A stretch of DNA of 64,000 nucleotides from Macrostomum lignano (lineage: Eukaryota): positions 71,013-135,012 of the forward strand of contig NIVC01002856.1 of NCBI GenBank assembly GCA_002269645.1, in the 5' to 3' direction. A model generated the notes under the pieces. That model saw nothing but the letters and a program-made list of their open reading frames with translations. It made no database searches and was not told the DNA's origin. This document shows, one piece after another, positions 59,801-64,000 of this stretch (the stretch's first letter is position 1; each line of letters begins with the position of its first letter). Both the position numbers and the translations under genes were made by a program.

Positions 59801-61320
59801 ACGCATCCTCACCGCTGCTTGTTGTAGACAACTCGCTGCTTGTACTCGGGAAACCAGCGTTCCAGCATGGTGTTGCAAACCTTCACCATAGTGTAGTCAG
59901 GGCCTTGAATCTGCACAATCAAATATTTGATCCATTTAAATTTGCCAACCTGCCGATTCAAGATTCGATTAGTGATTAGGATGAAACACTTGGTGCGTCG
60001 CGAGCACTTCTTGATCATGGCGGCGAACTGCGGCTTCAGCAAGTTCAAGCTTTCGTCTGCGGATTGGTGAGGTGCGAATAGCTTGTGTGCAGTGAGGTTT
60101 GTTCAGTGAGGTGTGTTCAGTGAGGTGTGTTCAGTGAGGTGTGTTCAGTGAGGTGTGTTCAGTGAGGTGTGTTCAGTGAGGTGTGTGCAGTGAGGTGTGT
60201 TCAGTGAGGTGTGTGCAGTGAGGTGTGTTCAGTGAGGTGTGTTCAGTGAGGTGTGTTCAGTGAGGTTGTTAGTGAGGTGTGTTTAGTGAGGTTTGTGCAG
60301 TGAGGTGTGTTCAGTGAGGTGTGTGCAGTGAGGTGTGTTCAGTGAGGTGTGTTCAGTGAGGTGTGTTCAGTGAGGTGTGTTCAGTGAGGTTTGTTAGTGA
60401 GGTGTGTTTAGTGAGGTTTGTGCAGTAAGGTGTGTGTAGTGAGGTGTGTGCAGTGAGGTGTGTTCAGTGAGGTGTGTTCAGTGAGATTTGTGCAGTGAGG
60501 TGTTTTCAGTGAGGTGTGTTCAGTGAGGTTTGTGCAGTGAATCAGTCTCACCCTTCATAAACAGCAGGTACTCCACTACAACGCCTTTATTCTCGTGGTG
60601 CCACTTGGCCGTGTTGCTGCCCAGTTTCACCGCCGCATCGAATTGTCGCTTAAGCTCCGGCGTGAGGCCTGGCGGCTCCTGCCTGGACTGGAATGTCTCC
60701 CTTGGATCGGCCATGGTGATGGTCTCCCAGTAGGGCGCAACCTGATTCTCGCCTATGAATTGGAGGGAGCAAACGGGGAGCAATTAGCTTGAGAAATATA
60801 GTCAGCTGATTGCCGAACAGGGGCTGGCTGCAAACAGCAAAGTAGTTAATTATAAGCCCACTTAGCAAAAAGTGAACAATTATAAAGCATGGCCTTCGAC
60901 TGTTAAAGTTACAATCGCATTCATAAGATCTTAATAATAATATTATTCTGGTAACAATGATAAGGAGAGAAGTAAAGTGAAAAGGCAGTTAGTGAGGAGA
61001 CAATCGGTTATACAAGTGTGACCGACATCGGGCTCGCACAGGCGCACAGCCCTCTTGCATAACACATTTAACATTGAGCAGCACTCACTGGCCGTGAACA
61101 TTCGCAGGTTGCTGGGATCTTGCAGCTTCTTTTTGATGAAAGCCTGCCGTTTGGCCGCCTTGGCATCCGCCTCAATATCCGCCTGCGTCTTCTTCTGCCC
61201 CGCGCCCTGGGCATTGTTATTGCCCTGCGAGTTTAGCTGCCTCGCAAACGCTTCCATAGTGACGGATTCCGCGGCCACGGTTTCCATAGTAACGGTCTCC
61301 ATAGCGGCAACTGGCTCCAT
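53808..61320 (-). CDS. Uncharacterised multi-exon protein, ~724 aa (737 aa if the 39-nt intron 59911-59949 is retained)
   Basis: Exons 61023-61320, 60552-60752, 59950-60056, 59813-59910, 59322-59337, 57739-58110, 56713-56920, 56388-56606, 55040-55481, 53808-54021 join in frame with GT-AG ends and GC3-rich codons. No family recognised. Confidence 0.75.
55998..56125 (-). mobile_element. 3-prime fragment of the same SINE as 30828-31150
   Basis: CACCTGCCC..ATGTGCAA.CGACAGCTCAGC.GCAGCTATT.CGCGGC...CTGAAGGCTG.GTACGGCTGTTCAGTCCAAGGACTGGGG is shared, as is the AAT-rich tail. Confidence 0.8.
57185..57420 (-). mobile_element. Copy of dispersed repeat family A (inverted)
   Basis: Reverse complement contains AGTGTACATGC...AGGGCCG.TG.ACAC.CCTGTGTGAGTGTG...GCGCGCTTGTG...GCTCAGGGG...GGTTGTGGGACAATGTC...GCCAGGGTGCTCACAGCC. 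Confidence 0.7.
58430..58615. repeat. AG-rich low-complexity polypurine tract
   Basis: Direct inspection. Confidence 0.9.
60088..60540. repeat. 14-bp minisatellite (CAGTGAGGTGTGTT), ~32 copies, filling almost all of intron 60057-60551
   Basis: Direct inspection. Confidence 0.96.
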
Positions 61321-61699
61321 GTCGACTAAATTCAGAATTGAAAGCAATCCCAGCAAAAAATGACGCCTTCGCTTTCAAGAAGAAAGAAAGCTGACTAGAA
61401 AACAAGCGACTTAGGCAGACAAGTTGAGTTTTGCGCATACCGCACCCATCTTCCTACTTTGCTAGCCAACTGATTTTGCCGCCTGACCCATAGAGTGAAG
61501 ACGATGATTGCGACCATAGACTATTGATTGATGCAGAGTCTTGATCCGCTAGCCCGTAGCTTGGTTAGTAGTCTCTTCTATATTAATAAACAATACATAA
61601 TACGCTCGTAATGGCTATATTTAATGTCACTAATTATACATGTGTGGAGAGGGTGGTATTCCAAAAGAAATTAACAGCTTTACAGCGATTCCAGAGGGG

Positions 61700-62170
61700 C
61701 CAGCTGTGAGCTGGAGTCATTAGTGAGTAGCAGGTGTGAGCTGGAGTGATTAGTGAGTGGCAGGTGTGAGCTGGAGTCATTAGTGAGTAGCAGGTGTGAG
61801 CTGGAGTGATTAGTGAGTAGCAGGTGTGAGCTGGAGTGATTAGTGAGTAGCAGGTGTGAGCTGGAGTGATAGTGAGTGGCAGGTGTGAGCTGGAGTGATT
61901 AGTGAGTGGCAGGTGTGAGCTGGAGTGATTAGTGAATGGCAGGTTTCAGCTGGAGTGATTAGTGAGTAGCAGGTGTGAGCTGGAGTGATTAGTGAATGGC
62001 AGGTGTGAGCTGGAGTGATTACTGAGTGGCAGGTGTGAGCTGGAGTGAATTACTGAGTGGCAGGTGTGAGCTGGAGTGATTACTGAGTGGCAGGTGTGAG
62101 CTGGAGTGATTAGTGAATGGCAGGTGTCAGCTGGAGTGATTAAGTGAGTGCAGGTGTGAGCTGGAGTGAC
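61700..62170. repeat. 30-bp minisatellite (GTGAGCTGGAGTGATTAGTGAGTAGCAGGT), ~15 copies
   Basis: Direct inspection. Confidence 0.95.
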
Positions 62171-63449
62171 TGGCTGAAACTTAGGGTAAAAAAAGAAGAA
62201 AAATCAAGCTACTGCAATCCTTAGCAGTTAAAATTCAGTGGTAACACAGCAATAAGGAAATATAATAGACAGAAAAAAGCTCAATTATTTCAAAATCTAA
62301 AGAATAATCCATATAATTTAATTAATCTGACAGAAAACAAGACAAGAAGTTGTAAGCGGCAAAGTCGAAGGACCTTACAAAGCGAAGAGAAAGTGCGCTG
62401 TGACTGAGTGTAGAGAATAGCAAAAGCAGAAACATAATTGACCAATAAAGAGTAAAGTTGAATAATTCCAGCAAAGTCAAAATGTCACGCCTTGTAGACA
62501 GACGAGTTAAGAGGCAACTGCGCTTAGCACTCGAGAACTGGCTGACTGGATTATAAAGCATTCTGAGTAGGTAAAAGCAATTATTAAAGTTGAATAATTG
62601 AGACTTTGCTATTAATAAACAGAGGAATTAATAAATACGGGGATACAACTGCTGTTTATTGCAAATATTATTATTAATAAAGGCATTTTATTGCGAGAAA
62701 ATCGACTAGGGGTAAAAATACACAAATCAGATAGTATGATACATTGGCTATAAATTAGCAATCCATTCTTTCCTTCATTTATGAGCTATAGAATAGCAAT
62801 CCATTTGATTTCTGCCACCATTGATTATATAGAATTATTCGCAATAACTTTAGTACGTTAATATTTTAATAATAAGATTCTTGTCATCATTGAATGAACA
62901 GGAGACAAAAAACTGAGGCAGAAAGTCAAATTAATACACAAAGAGTAGTTTTTCATGATAACTGAGTTCTGTGTACAAGACTAGTGCATAAATACTGCTC
63001 ATACTTAACTCATCTATAAACCTGTAAGCCATCTAAGCCATCTAGTAATCAAACCACGAATTCCGTATACTAATATAAAATTAATTTGGAGTACAAAATC
63101 TCAAATAAGAACACGACAGCAAATGGTACAACACTGAGCTGTATAGGAAAAGCTTTAATGTATGAAACGGGGGTCGTTAAACGGGCATAAATGGATAGAC
63201 AGAAAACGCGCAAAGAAAAACTATTATAAATAAAAAATCACATGGCACAAAGAGCGCAAATATATATTTGATTTTAGGCCTCTCTACAACATAATTTTGG
63301 TGTAAACTGATTAAATAGTATAACAAGTTTTACACCGCTATATATAGTAACCTATGTTCTAACTGCACAGAGGGAAAACGTTTTAATTAACTTTATTAAT
63401 TCGCAGTTAATTGAGATACCTTAATTTTGTCCTCGATTATAGAGGGACA

Positions 63450-63745
63450 GACGTGCGACGGGCGTAAAGTGAGGTGCGGAGGGGCAGGGAGTGAGGTTGC
63501 ACACGACGGGCGGGGGCGTAAGTGGGGTGCGGAGAGACAGGGAGTGAGGTTGCACGCGACGGGCGGGCGTAAAGTGGGGTGCGGAGAGGCAGGGAGTGAG
63601 GTTGCACGCGACGGGCGGCGGGCGTAAAGTGGGGTGCGGAGAGGCAGGGAGTGGGGGTCGCATGCGACGGGGCGTGCCTAAAGTGGGGTGCGAAGGGCAA
63701 GGAGCGGATGGGTGGGTGCGCGACGGGTGGCAAGCGTAAAGTGAG
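63450..63745. repeat. ~52-bp G-rich degenerate tandem repeat, ~5-6 copies
   Basis: Unit GACGGGCG..CGTAAAGTGGGGTGCGGAGAGGCAGGGAGTGAGGTTGCACGC. Confidence 0.88.
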
Positions 63746-64000
63746 GTGCGGAGGGGGCAGGCAGTCAGTGGATGTAACCCATAGATTGGAGCTGGTGTCG
63801 AGCTCTGCGTATGGTTCAGTATACGAACTGTTATAACCAAAGGCGGTCAGATAGAAAAATGTTAAAATTTTTCTTTTATTCAAAAATGTTGAAAAATGTT
63901 TTGAGTTTGTTTTGACTACTGCTTTGGCCCAATAGCCGGTGCTTCTATACAGTTCTCCAACTGTTAATAACTATTTATCTGAGTTGAGCATCCTGCTGGT

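Overview
This is eukaryotic (animal) genomic DNA with spliced genes and minisatellite-rich introns. The style resembles a free-living flatworm such as Macrostomum, but that is inference only. Genes reconstructed by hand from splice sites and codon phase: (1) a minus-strand block of two MAP3K-like pseudokinase modules plus a caspase-8-like protease (5647-11740) that can be spliced into one ~1026-aa pseudokinase-pseudokinase-caspase protein; (2) a 14-exon SLC6 GABA-transporter-like gene; (3) two tandem IRF-family genes, one with a 1-nt frameshift; (4) a 5-exon tachykinin-receptor-like GPCR; (5) a 13-exon GAF-GAF PDE5/6-like phosphodiesterase whose catalytic exon is split by a full-length 3.47-kb Chapaev-type DNA transposon with a RAG1-core-like transposase, ~230-bp TIRs and an ACCA target-site duplication; (6) an uncharacterised ~724-aa gene that needs a 16-nt microexon. 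Also present are about 13 tandem-repeat arrays, a tRNA-derived CORE-type SINE, an unclassified dispersed repeat family and two MITE-like elements. All gene models and family assignments come from motif recognition without database searches or transcript data.
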